This document shows positions 56,969-64,000 of a DNA stretch of 64,000 nt, piece by piece. Both the position numbers and the translations under genes were made by a program. The stretch lies in IMG/VR virus record IMGVR_UViG_3300042879_006196, positions 1-64,000 of that record; one strand, written 5' to 3'. Positions within the stretch are counted from its first letter, which is position 1. Each line of letters begins with the position of its first letter. Under the pieces are notes generated by a model. The model ran no database searches, was not told the DNA's origin, and saw nothing but the letters and a program-made list of their open reading frames with translations.

Positions 56969-57673
56969 ATGATTCTTTATCAAGGACCAAGCGAAATAGA
57001 CGGCAAGCCAATCATTGCAATTATGACTGGTTTCAACTCCAAGTCTCAAAATTCAAAAACTGGCGAAATGCCACAAGTTTGGATTATCAGAGATGGAATT
57101 CATCCCGTAGACGCTTTGAGAACTGGTCAAGATGACAGTATCTGCGGTGATTGTATTCATAGACCAAAATATCTTGGCGATGATGCACTCAGAAAGTGGT
57201 CGAGAACGTGCTATGTCAATACAATGGCATTAAGCCAAGTTTATAAGTCATATTTAGCCAATACTTATGAATTGGTTGACCTTGATGAACTGGCAGTAAA
57301 ATTATCAGGGTTGAATATTCGTTTGGGTGCTTATGGCGACCCGGCCGCGGTTCCGATTCACATTTGGGATAAACTTTGTGCACATTGCAAATCTACTGGC
57401 TATACGCACCAATGGAAACGCTGTGATTCACGTTACGCAGAATATTGCATGGCAAGTTGTGATTCAATTCTTGACGTTGTGCAGTCAACCGCGAAAGGCT
57501 ATCGTGTCTATTTTGTGCAAACTGATAACCAAGTAAAGCAAGTAAGCGATATAAAACTTGCTTGGTGTCCAGCAAGCAAAGAAATGGGCAGAGTTACCAC
57601 GTGTTCAAAGTGTATGGCTTGCTCAGGCACTCGCTCAAACCTTCATTCAAATATCAGCATTATGCTCCACTAG
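56969..57673 (+). CDS. Cys-rich phage protein (GP88-related or radical-SAM-like)
   Basis: N.KTG.M.Q.W, SICGDC.HR, CYV, RLG.YGDPAAVP, TGYTHQW, CPA...C..C..C. Confidence 0.65.
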   Translation: MILYQGPSEIDGKPIIAIMTGFNSKSQNSKTGEMPQVWIIRDGIHPVDALRTGQDDSICGDCIHRPKYLGDDALRKWSRTCYVNTMALSQVYKSYLANTYELVDLDELAVKLSGLNIRLGAYGDPAAVPIHIWDKLCAHCKSTGYTHQWKRCDSRYAEYCMASCDSILDVVQSTAKGYRVYFVQTDNQVKQVSDIKLAWCPASKEMGRVTTCSKCMACSGTRSNLHSNISIMLH

Positions 57674-57761
57674 GGCTTCAAAACGCCCCACAGAGCATTC
57701 CCCCTCCAAAGGGGCGGCAGACCATTTTTTCCAGGTTTAACACAATCTGATTATAATAGAT

Positions 57762-58079
57762 ATGGGAAATATTCTTGACGTAACAGTAAGAGATTATACA
57801 ATCCGCTATCATAAGCTCTACGAAGAAGTAGGCACTTTAACAGATGTAGTCATATCAGATGACTATGATAGGATTGATTTGTCATTGGAAGACGATAGCT
57901 TCAACTGTGAAGACCCGTTCGCCCTGATAGAATGGATTTTTAAGAGAACTAAATACAATTCCGAACTAACTGAACTACTTTTTTTTCATTACAACGTGGC
58001 ACAAGGTGTGAGAATTCACGGTAAGTACTATGTTTTCGAGGATTGGAAAGAACTCTACGAAAAACATATTAGTGATTAA
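57762..58079 (+). CDS. Hypothetical protein
   Basis: Cassette ORF. Confidence 0.7.
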   Translation: MGNILDVTVRDYTIRYHKLYEEVGTLTDVVISDDYDRIDLSLEDDSFNCEDPFALIEWIFKRTKYNSELTELLFFHYNVAQGVRIHGKYYVFEDWKELYEKHISD

Positions 58080-58158
58080 ATGATTCACTAATAAATCCCC
58101 CTCCAAAGGGGAGGCAGATTGTGTTTTCCAGGTTTAACACAATCTGATTATAATAGAT

Positions 58159-58299
58159 ATGACAGTACAAGAACTGATAGAAAAGTTGCAAGAGATTGAA
58201 GACAAAAGCAAAATTTGCATGCTTAATGACCCAGAGGGTACATTAGTGAATGAAATTACATGGATTGGTGAGTGGGAGTGTGTTGTAGAAATCAGATAA
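58159..58299 (+). CDS. MTVxELIE-family small protein
   Basis: MTVQELIEKLQEIEDKSKIC; 46 aa. Confidence 0.7.
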   Translation: MTVQELIEKLQEIEDKSKICMLNDPEGTLVNEITWIGEWECVVEIR

Positions 58300-58401
58300 A
58301 ATATTCAGACAAGTATTGCTGAGTGTTCTTTTAGCTTTCCCCTCCAAAGGGGAGGCAGATTGTGTTTTCCAGGTTTAACACAATCTGATTATAATAGATA
58401 T

Positions 58402-58668
58402 ATGAGCGAACTTCATGAAATTAAAAACAAATTTGACGTGGGTGATATTTATCTCTACTATACGCCAGTAGATAACCCATATAAGTTCCGCAAAAGTGAA
58501 ATTACCTATGACGAGCGCAAGGAAACTTTTGACTTTCTTAAGGCAAATGACAAACTCCCAGATTATGTCCAAGATGTTTGGTATGCCCCATCAAGTGGAG
58601 GAGCTAAAAAGCTTTCATTATCCACTGTTAAATACACTGGTGCTTTCATCACTGGAATGCCAGTGTAA
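58402..58668 (+). CDS. Hypothetical protein
   Basis: Cassette ORF. Confidence 0.7.
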   Translation: MSELHEIKNKFDVGDIYLYYTPVDNPYKFRKSEITYDERKETFDFLKANDKLPDYVQDVWYAPSSGGAKKLSLSTVKYTGAFITGMPV

Positions 58669-58728
58669 TCCCCCAAAGGGGAGGCAGATTGTGTTTTCCA
58701 GGTTTAACACAATCTGATTATAATAGAT

Positions 58729-58896
58729 ATGACTATGACAGTACAAGAACTAATTGAACAACTACAAAAGATTGGTGATAAAAGCAAAATTTGCTTAGTT
58801 GATGACGGAGACGGCGGGGCATTAGGTGAAATTAAATCTGTTTATGATGCACAATATGTAGAAATCAACATAAGATATTCATACAAGTATTGCTGA
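58729..58896 (+). CDS. MTVxELIE-family small protein
   Basis: MTMTVQELIEQLQKIGDKSKIC; 55 aa. Confidence 0.7.
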   Translation: MTMTVQELIEQLQKIGDKSKICLVDDGDGGALGEIKSVYDAQYVEINIRYSYKYC

Positions 58897-59171
58897 GTGT
58901 TCTTTTAGCTTCCCCCTCCAAAGGGGAGGCAGATTGTGTTTTCCAGGTTTAACATAATCTGATTATAATAGATATATGGAAGATGAAGCATATTTCTTTT
59001 GGAAAAATTTGGCAGATCTATTGGAGCTTGAATTGATCGGGTGGAGTAATTTTGCAACTGGAACTTTCAGGGACGCCTCACTTAATACAAGCGTTCAAAT
59101 TCAATATTGGTTTGCTAAGAGAATACAGGATAAAATCATAGAATTATGAATTCTGAAGGTATAATAGATAT

Positions 59172-59648
59172 ATGAGCCATCTTTACGAGGATTTAGATTC
59201 AGCTTTCTCCGCACTCTATGATTATAGTTGTGAGGGCGGTTCTTACGGGGTTGATGAAGATGATAATTCCAAAAGCCACCATTATAAAAGTGTCGATGGC
59301 ATGATTCTTATGGAATTGAGCAGGGATTGCTTGGTTTCAACAATTACCGTAGGTGATGAATTCCGTGTAGTGCGTAACCTTGACTGGGAAGACTGGTATC
59401 ACTTTGTAACTGGTGACGAAGAAAGTTTCATTGCATTTGTTTCTGAGTTGATTCCACCGCCTAAAAATACATGGCATCATACTTGCGAAAAATGCTACAA
59501 GCAAAACTCTAGTGTTTCAATGATTTATGACCCATTTGAGTATGATATAAATAACCGCGAGGTGGTACTGGCAACATTGTGTTCAGATTGTTTTAGTGAG
59601 GACTATGGTCTTCAACAAGAATTACACAATCTTGCAATGGAAGTGTAA
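59172..59648 (+). CDS. Hypothetical protein with C-terminal CxxC pairs
   Basis: TATAATAGATAT-ATG start; CEKC...CSDC. Confidence 0.7.
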   Translation: MSHLYEDLDSAFSALYDYSCEGGSYGVDEDDNSKSHHYKSVDGMILMELSRDCLVSTITVGDEFRVVRNLDWEDWYHFVTGDEESFIAFVSELIPPPKNTWHHTCEKCYKQNSSVSMIYDPFEYDINNREVVLATLCSDCFSEDYGLQQELHNLAMEV

Positions 59649-59711
59649 TTCCCCTCCAAAGGGGAGGCAGATTGTGTTTTCCAGGTTTAACACAATCTGA
59701 TTATAATAGAT

Positions 59712-59945
59712 ATGACAGTACAAGAACTAATTGAACAACTACAAAAGATTGAAGACAAAAGCAGAGAGTGCATAATAGATGATGGTGGCGGCGGTGCATT
59801 TTATGATGTTGAATCTGTTTTTACTGAGAGAGAGTATGTACTAATCTCAAGATATTCAAGCGAGTATAATAATTCAATATATTCAAACGAGTATAATAAT
59901 TCAACAGTAGTAATGTGTGAAGAATATTCAGACAAGTATTGCTGA
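59712..59945 (+). CDS. MTVxELIE-family small protein
   Basis: MTVQELIEQLQKIEDKSREC. Confidence 0.75.
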   Translation: MTVQELIEQLQKIEDKSRECIIDDGGGGAFYDVESVFTEREYVLISRYSSEYNNSIYSNEYNNSTVVMCEEYSDKYC

Positions 59946-60020
59946 ATGTTCTTTTAGCTTTCCCCTCCAAAAGGGAGGCAGATTGTTTTTTCCAGGTTTA
60001 ACATTTCCTGATTATAATAG

Positions 60021-60410
60021 ATGTAAGAACATTGAAAAGAGAATAAGAATCGCCCGAATTAAGTATCGGAAAGAGGAGCTGACCCAACAGTGAACTCTAA
60101 AAAACGCTGGGTAATTGGGTAAGACGAGCCACACGTCATAAAGAAAGTGGTGAAGCGGGAAACAAATGAAAGTGAAAGGCTTTCTGGGTTTTTAACTTGG
60201 CATCCGTGTATAAGGGGTATGCTCCCACCGAGGCGATTTTTAATCTTATATCTCTTACAGAATAATGTAAAAAGTTTAGGGGACGCCCTATAGGGACTCA
60301 CGTAACCCGAAATACGTGGTTGAACAATCATGTTCCGATGAGGCAAGTACATCGTTAAATCAATCTGCTAGGGAGGTGGGCTAATTACCCACCCCCGCAT
60401 GTTTTTAAGA
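60021..60410 (+). ncRNA. Candidate structured ncRNA cassette of about 390 nt
   Basis: Full promoter module but no ORF; hairpins CACGTA/TACGTG, CGATG/CATCG, GTGGG/CCCAC, TTACA/TGTAA. Confidence 0.5.
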
Positions 60411-60474
60411 TTCCCCCTCCAAAGGGCAGGCAGATCGTGTTTTCCAGGTTTAACATTTTCGAGTTATAATAGGT

Positions 60475-60741
60475 ATGAGCAGACACTCAGCACAAACAAA
60501 AGATGGAAGAAGCATGGTTATCGGTTTTGATGCCCCCTTAAGCGAATACTTTATTCAGGTATATGGGGACAATGATGAGTTGGTGGCTGACTTTTCTTCA
60601 TCAGGAATGTCAATGGTAAAAATGCACCCACCAATGTCAAATTCAAAAATTCTGGAAACTATTCAGTCAATCATGAGCGATGATGACCAGAAGCGACTGG
60701 CTCCTCAGATTGAACTACTATGCTTGGATTTACCTTTCTGA
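60475..60741 (+). CDS. Hypothetical protein
   Basis: Cassette ORF. Confidence 0.7.
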   Translation: MSRHSAQTKDGRSMVIGFDAPLSEYFIQVYGDNDELVADFSSSGMSMVKMHPPMSNSKILETIQSIMSDDDQKRLAPQIELLCLDLPF

Positions 60742-60810
60742 GCAGATTCCCCCTCCAAAGGGGCGGCAGCCCGTTTTTTCCAGGTTTAACACAATCTGAT
60801 TATAATAGAT

Positions 60811-61209
60811 ATGAGCGAAAAAAACCTAGTTTTTCATGTTTTCGGATTTAACATCATTCAGCGACCAGTTCACAGTTACCTTGATGGCAGAGCGGGAAAG
60901 CTAAGAAGACTTCCACAAATACAAGTAGGTGAAACTGTTAGTTATTATGGGCATTCTCACACAGAGTACGGAAGATGTATAGAAGATGATATTTTTGACA
61001 CAGTAGACGAGGCTTTGGAAGTAGCTAAAACCCGTTTAGAGCATGAAAAATTGTCTTTGGCAGAAAAAATCCAATACCTACAAGAAAAATTAGCAGAGTG
61101 TGAAAATCAAGAAATAAAAATAAAACTTTATGAAGACATTCTGAAGGAAACAGCAATTAAAGAAATGAAAAGACTTGCCAAGGAGAATAACCTTGAAGTT
61201 TCATTTTAA
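60811..61209 (+). CDS. Hypothetical protein
   Basis: Cassette ORF. Confidence 0.7.
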   Translation: MSEKNLVFHVFGFNIIQRPVHSYLDGRAGKLRRLPQIQVGETVSYYGHSHTEYGRCIEDDIFDTVDEALEVAKTRLEHEKLSLAEKIQYLQEKLAECENQEIKIKLYEDILKETAIKEMKRLAKENNLEVSF

Positions 61210-61223
61210 TTAAAAATAAAAAT

Positions 61224-61303
61224 TGGGCATGTTGCATTGTTAAGAATATTTGGAAAATCACCTTTTAGGTTTAAGTGCGGGTTCAAATCCCACTGCTCCA
61301 CCA
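61224..61303 (+). pseudogene. Degenerate tRNA-like element
   Basis: GCGGGTTCAAATCCCAC T-arm and GCTCCACCA 3' end; no recognisable D-arm or anticodon arm. Confidence 0.55.
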
Positions 61304-61366
61304 ATTCCCCCTCCAAGAGGGAGTCAGCCCGTTTTTTCCAGGTTTAACATAATCTGATTATAATAG

Positions 61367-61750
61367 ATGTACCTACAAGGTAACATCAAGGAAAAAAAGA
61401 TGCCAAAATCAGCCCTATATCAATCAGCAATCACAAATCGAAAACTCCTCACTGACCACCTCACGTTAATCGAGGAATATCTTGAAGCAGGAGAAGCGAC
61501 CACAGAAATTTACTTCTATGGTGCGAACAACTCCATCATCAGAAAATACACAAAAACCTCTAAGTGGTCAACATCAATTGGCAAGCAGAGAGTCAGAACA
61601 AGCCATGAGATTTTTGTCTCCATTAATACAGGCTTTCTTCCTCGTGGCACAAAGCGAATGAAGGTGAAAAGCCCATTTGTTGAAAATGAAACCAAGACTG
61701 TTTTGAGTAGTATGCCAGTTACAGTTCAATGCCAATCAATTGCCATCTAG
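61367..61750 (+). CDS. Hypothetical protein
   Basis: Cassette ORF; alternative start at MPKS. Confidence 0.65.
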   Translation: MYLQGNIKEKKMPKSALYQSAITNRKLLTDHLTLIEEYLEAGEATTEIYFYGANNSIIRKYTKTSKWSTSIGKQRVRTSHEIFVSINTGFLPRGTKRMKVKSPFVENETKTVLSSMPVTVQCQSIAI

Positions 61751-61829
61751 TAAGATGGCAATTGATTCCCCCTCCAAAGGGGAGGCAGAAAATTTTTTCC
61801 AGGTTTAACATTTCCTGATTATAATAGAT

Positions 61830-62099
61830 ATGGGTAAGAACCATAAAATCAAAGAAACCTTCGAAGTAGGTAGAAACTTCATCTCAATCTTCCCTGAAGA
61901 ATCCTTCCTTGAGCAACTTGTTCTTGAGGGTGATGTTCTCAAGTTCAAGATGAAATCTGGTGCAAGTGTTTACAGCACTACCATCACTGATACCATGAAG
62001 CGAGAATTGCTCGCTGTTGCCAGAGAAGGTGGCTCAATCGGCACCTTTTACAATACAAGGCTTCGACCCTTGCCTATAACAAAGTCAGATTCTTTCTGA
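61830..62099 (+). CDS. KTSC-like domain protein
   Basis: SFL......L...KSG..VY........GGSIG.FYN..LR. Confidence 0.55.
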   Translation: MGKNHKIKETFEVGRNFISIFPEESFLEQLVLEGDVLKFKMKSGASVYSTTITDTMKRELLAVAREGGSIGTFYNTRLRPLPITKSDSF

Positions 62100-62164
62100 A
62101 TGATAGGGGAATAAAATCCCCTATCTAAAATTTTCCAGGTTTAACAAAACCTGATTATAATGAA

Positions 62165-62304
62165 TGTAAGAACGAAAGTTCTACAAGGTGACGACTCTGC
62201 ACCTTGAGGGGAACGGAATTGCCCCTTGAAACCAGTAGCTCCTGTCAAATGGAGTGACGACATCTATTAAGTGCTTTGGGAATAGTTTCTAGAAAGAGGC
62301 TATT
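62165..62304 (+). ncRNA. Candidate small structured RNA cassette of about 140 nt
   Basis: Promoter but no ORF; AGAAC-GAAA-GTTCT, CAAGGTG/CACCTTG, AGGGG/CCCCT, CTCC/GGAG and GAATAG/CTATTC stems in series. Confidence 0.6.
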
Positions 62305-62366
62305 CCCCCTCCAAGAGCCCCGCCGCCCGCTTTTTCCAGGTTTAACACAATCTGATTATAATAGAT

Positions 62367-62765
62367 ATGACATTAGAACAACTGCAACAAATCTTTCCAG
62401 GTGCTACGGCTGATACTTGGCATCAGCACCCAAACGGTGGTGGATGGGTGCAAAATACTGCAAAGGTATATGAAACTGCTTGGGTTGGCAAAGATGCCGT
62501 AGTGTATGGGGATGCTGTGGTGCTTTGGAATTCTTCTATATCGGGGAATGCTAGGGTGTTGGCTGACGGGTATGGGTCTGGAGGAGAAGAAATGACCTTA
62601 GAAAAAGCGTTGGAGCGGATTGAGTTCCTTGAGAACGCTCTGAACGGAGCGATTGGTTCCTGCATTAAGGATGAGGAATGTGATTTCACGAAAAAGCCAG
62701 AACTGGTGGAATACATTAAGCAAAACTGGTTGAATGCATTAATCAAAGAAATAGATAATGAATAA
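62367..62765 (+). CDS. Protein with a short beta-helix-like repeat fused to an MTLE.AL.RIEFLENAL module
   Basis: HPNGGGWV.NTA.V...AWVG.DAVVYGDA; second half similar to 62758..62964. Confidence 0.65.
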   Translation: MTLEQLQQIFPGATADTWHQHPNGGGWVQNTAKVYETAWVGKDAVVYGDAVVLWNSSISGNARVLADGYGSGGEEMTLEKALERIEFLENALNGAIGSCIKDEECDFTKKPELVEYIKQNWLNALIKEIDNE

Positions 62766-62964
62766 CATGACATTAGAAGAGGCATTGAAACGGATTGAGT
62801 TCCTTGAGAACGCTTTAGACCAAGCCATTGACTTGGCAGTAATCCGAACTTGGGATTTAGGATATATTGTAGCAGGTTATGGTGGTGATAATGCAACTTA
62901 TGACGTTAGAGAGCCACAAAGAGCTTTTCCTGCTCTAGTGGAATACTTGGAGGGGAAGGAGTGA
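62758..62964 (+). CDS. Hypothetical protein
   Basis: MTLEEALKRIEFLENAL. Confidence 0.7.
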   Translation: MNNMTLEEALKRIEFLENALDQAIDLAVIRTWDLGYIVAGYGGDNATYDVREPQRAFPALVEYLEGKE

Positions 62965-63029
62965 AAACCCCCTCCAAGAGTTTCGCTGCCCGCTTTTTCC
63001 AGGTTTAACACAATCTGATTATAATAGAT

Positions 63030-63248
63030 GTGATGTTACCTTACGAATATCTCAACGAAGTGCTTCAAAAGGGCGTTTGCCCAAATTGCAACAAGCCCAG
63101 CAAGTCTATTGACTTCCAATTCTCATATGGCGTGTACGCTGGTGTGATGTGCACTAAATGTGCCATCAATGGCTACAGAGACTCCTGCGGTCACAAGCGA
63201 CCAATGGGCACTAGAGCCGAGTACGAGTCCTTTGGAGAGGATTATTAA
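63030..63248 (+). CDS. Small Zn-finger-like protein (GTG start)
   Basis: CPNC...CTKC. Confidence 0.65.
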   Translation: MMLPYEYLNEVLQKGVCPNCNKPSKSIDFQFSYGVYAGVMCTKCAINGYRDSCGHKRPMGTRAEYESFGEDY

Positions 63249-63311
63249 TCCCCCTCCAAAGGGGCGGCAGATCGTTTTTTCCAGGTTTAACACAATCTGA
63301 TTATAATAGAT

Positions 63312-63515
63312 ATGAGCAGTGATACAAAAGAATCGTTGGTTGTACTATCTCTCCTCGGAGGATTTGTTCCGTTGGTCTTTGCAATAGTGTGTCTCCCCAA
63401 GTATACGGAAGCCTCACTTTATTGGCTGAAGTTCGCCATGACCGCTTCAATTGTGTGTCCCGCAGTTGGATTTACAATTGACAGAGTGTGGAGAAAAGTC
63501 ACAAAAAATGACTAG
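63312..63515 (+). CDS. Small membrane protein
   Basis: Two hydrophobic segments. Confidence 0.7.
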   Translation: MSSDTKESLVVLSLLGGFVPLVFAIVCLPKYTEASLYWLKFAMTASIVCPAVGFTIDRVWRKVTKND

Positions 63516-63723
63516 CATCTATGAAGAACTCAAAAACGCTGGTGTGGAAATCTCCAACTGGCAAAGTGACCTTTATTGTCCAAAAAATGCCCAGACTATC
63601 CCAATAGTCAAAAAGTATGAAAAAGAACACTATATTTCTACTTTCAAAAACTTAAACGACGGTCTCACTTGGTATGATGTTGCTTTTGCTTACGACCCTT
63701 ACTGGTCAAAATTAGGAAAGTAA
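63508..63723 (+). CDS. Hypothetical protein
   Basis: Overlapping ORF; SDLY.P, AFAYDPYW. Confidence 0.65.
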   Translation: MTSIYEELKNAGVEISNWQSDLYCPKNAQTIPIVKKYEKEHYISTFKNLNDGLTWYDVAFAYDPYWSKLGK

Positions 63724-63786
63724 TTCCCCTCCAAGGGGGCGGCAGACCATTTTTTCCAGGTTTAACACAATCTGATTATAATAAAT

Positions 63787-63981
63787 ATGAGCAATAAAAA
63801 GGCTTCAATCAAAAAACGAATAACAATGAATGGCAAAACATCAATTGTTGAAATAGATGTCTTCCAGCCCACTGGACATATGTCTTACTCAGGATTCGGT
63901 GCTCATGGAAGACAAAATCGAAAATCCGAGCGTCGCCAAAATCGAGCTGAAGCTCGCAACGTAATGAGAGGTGCATTTTAA
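63787..63981 (+). CDS. Small basic protein
   Basis: Cassette ORF. Confidence 0.7.
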   Translation: MSNKKASIKKRITMNGKTSIVEIDVFQPTGHMSYSGFGAHGRQNRKSERRQNRAEARNVMRGAF

Positions 63982-64000
63982 TGATTGACCCAAATGAATA

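Larger units (their letters stand above)
1224..63786 (+). promoter_or_regulatory. Repeated sigma70-like promoter TTTTCCAG(G/A/C)TTTAACA-N9-TAT(A)AT, about 60 copies
   Basis: Fixed 17-bp spacing between TTCCAG and TATAAT; always on +, a few nt upstream of an ATG, tRNA or ncRNA. Confidence 0.85.
44713..63786 (+). repeat. Intergenic hairpin plus promoter module, about 36 copies with CCCCCTCCAAAGGGG
   Basis: Consensus CCCCCTCCAAAGGGGAGGCAG(ATTGTG/CCCGTT)TTTTCCAGGTTTAACACAATCTGATTATAATAGAT-ATG before most cassettes. Confidence 0.95.

Noticed and set aside
44713-63786. Integron attC sites (GTTTAAC fits RYYYAAC)
   Set aside because: No matching GTTRRRY before the next ORF, no long imperfect attC hairpin in the right position and no integrase seen. 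The fixed 17-bp spacing to TATAAT explains the motif as a promoter.
1-64000. Stop-codon reassignment as in some large phages
   Set aside because: Long conserved genes (ligase, NAMPT, rIIA, ArdC) are intact in the standard code, and TAA, TGA and TAG all occur as natural ends.
1-64000. Host assignment to cyanobacteria from the trnL(UAA) intron
   Set aside because: Related introns occur in other phyla and no photosynthesis or other lineage-specific genes are present. Phylogeny is required.

Overview
This 64 kb window reads as the accessory or early region of a large, AT-rich dsDNA bacteriophage. No structural genes are visible, the host cannot be identified, and the standard genetic code fits all long genes. 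Nearly all genes are on the + strand. (1) 1-14.5 kb holds host-takeover and metabolic genes: IF3, YidD, thioredoxin, a pyrimidine-dimer glycosylase-like protein, ATP-dependent DNA ligase, a NAMPT-like plus PRPP-synthetase-like pair (NARP1-like NAD+ rebuilding) followed by a RyR-domain gene, a Mom-like GNAT, rIIB with a C-terminal KTSC-like domain, a tRNA-Leu(UAA) split by a group I intron, and a CAU tRNA. (2) 14.5-33.2 kb is the most unusual part. About 84 (manual count) head-to-tail, overlapping micro-ORFs of about 25-85 aa each begin with the 21-nt repeat ATGATTAATACAGATTGTGTG (MINTDCV) and continue as variable period-4 Q-V-W-x repeats. They form three separately promoted blocks surrounding rIIA and a DUF6745-like gene with its small partner. 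The units are mosaics of one another. (3) 33.2-35.6 kb is a non-coding, repeat-rich, origin-like region with candidate structured RNAs. (4) 36-64 kb is a cassette array of mostly tiny genes. Each sits behind a near-identical hairpin plus promoter module (TTTTCCAGGTTTAACACAATCTGATTATAATAGAT-ATG) that apparently gives leaderless mRNAs. This region also carries four more tRNAs, a tRNA-like relic and two promoter-driven cassettes with no ORF. The 10-mer CAGATTGTGT is shared by the micro-ORF repeat, the promoter spacer and the origin-like repeats. Protein family calls come from motif recognition only; no database search was run.
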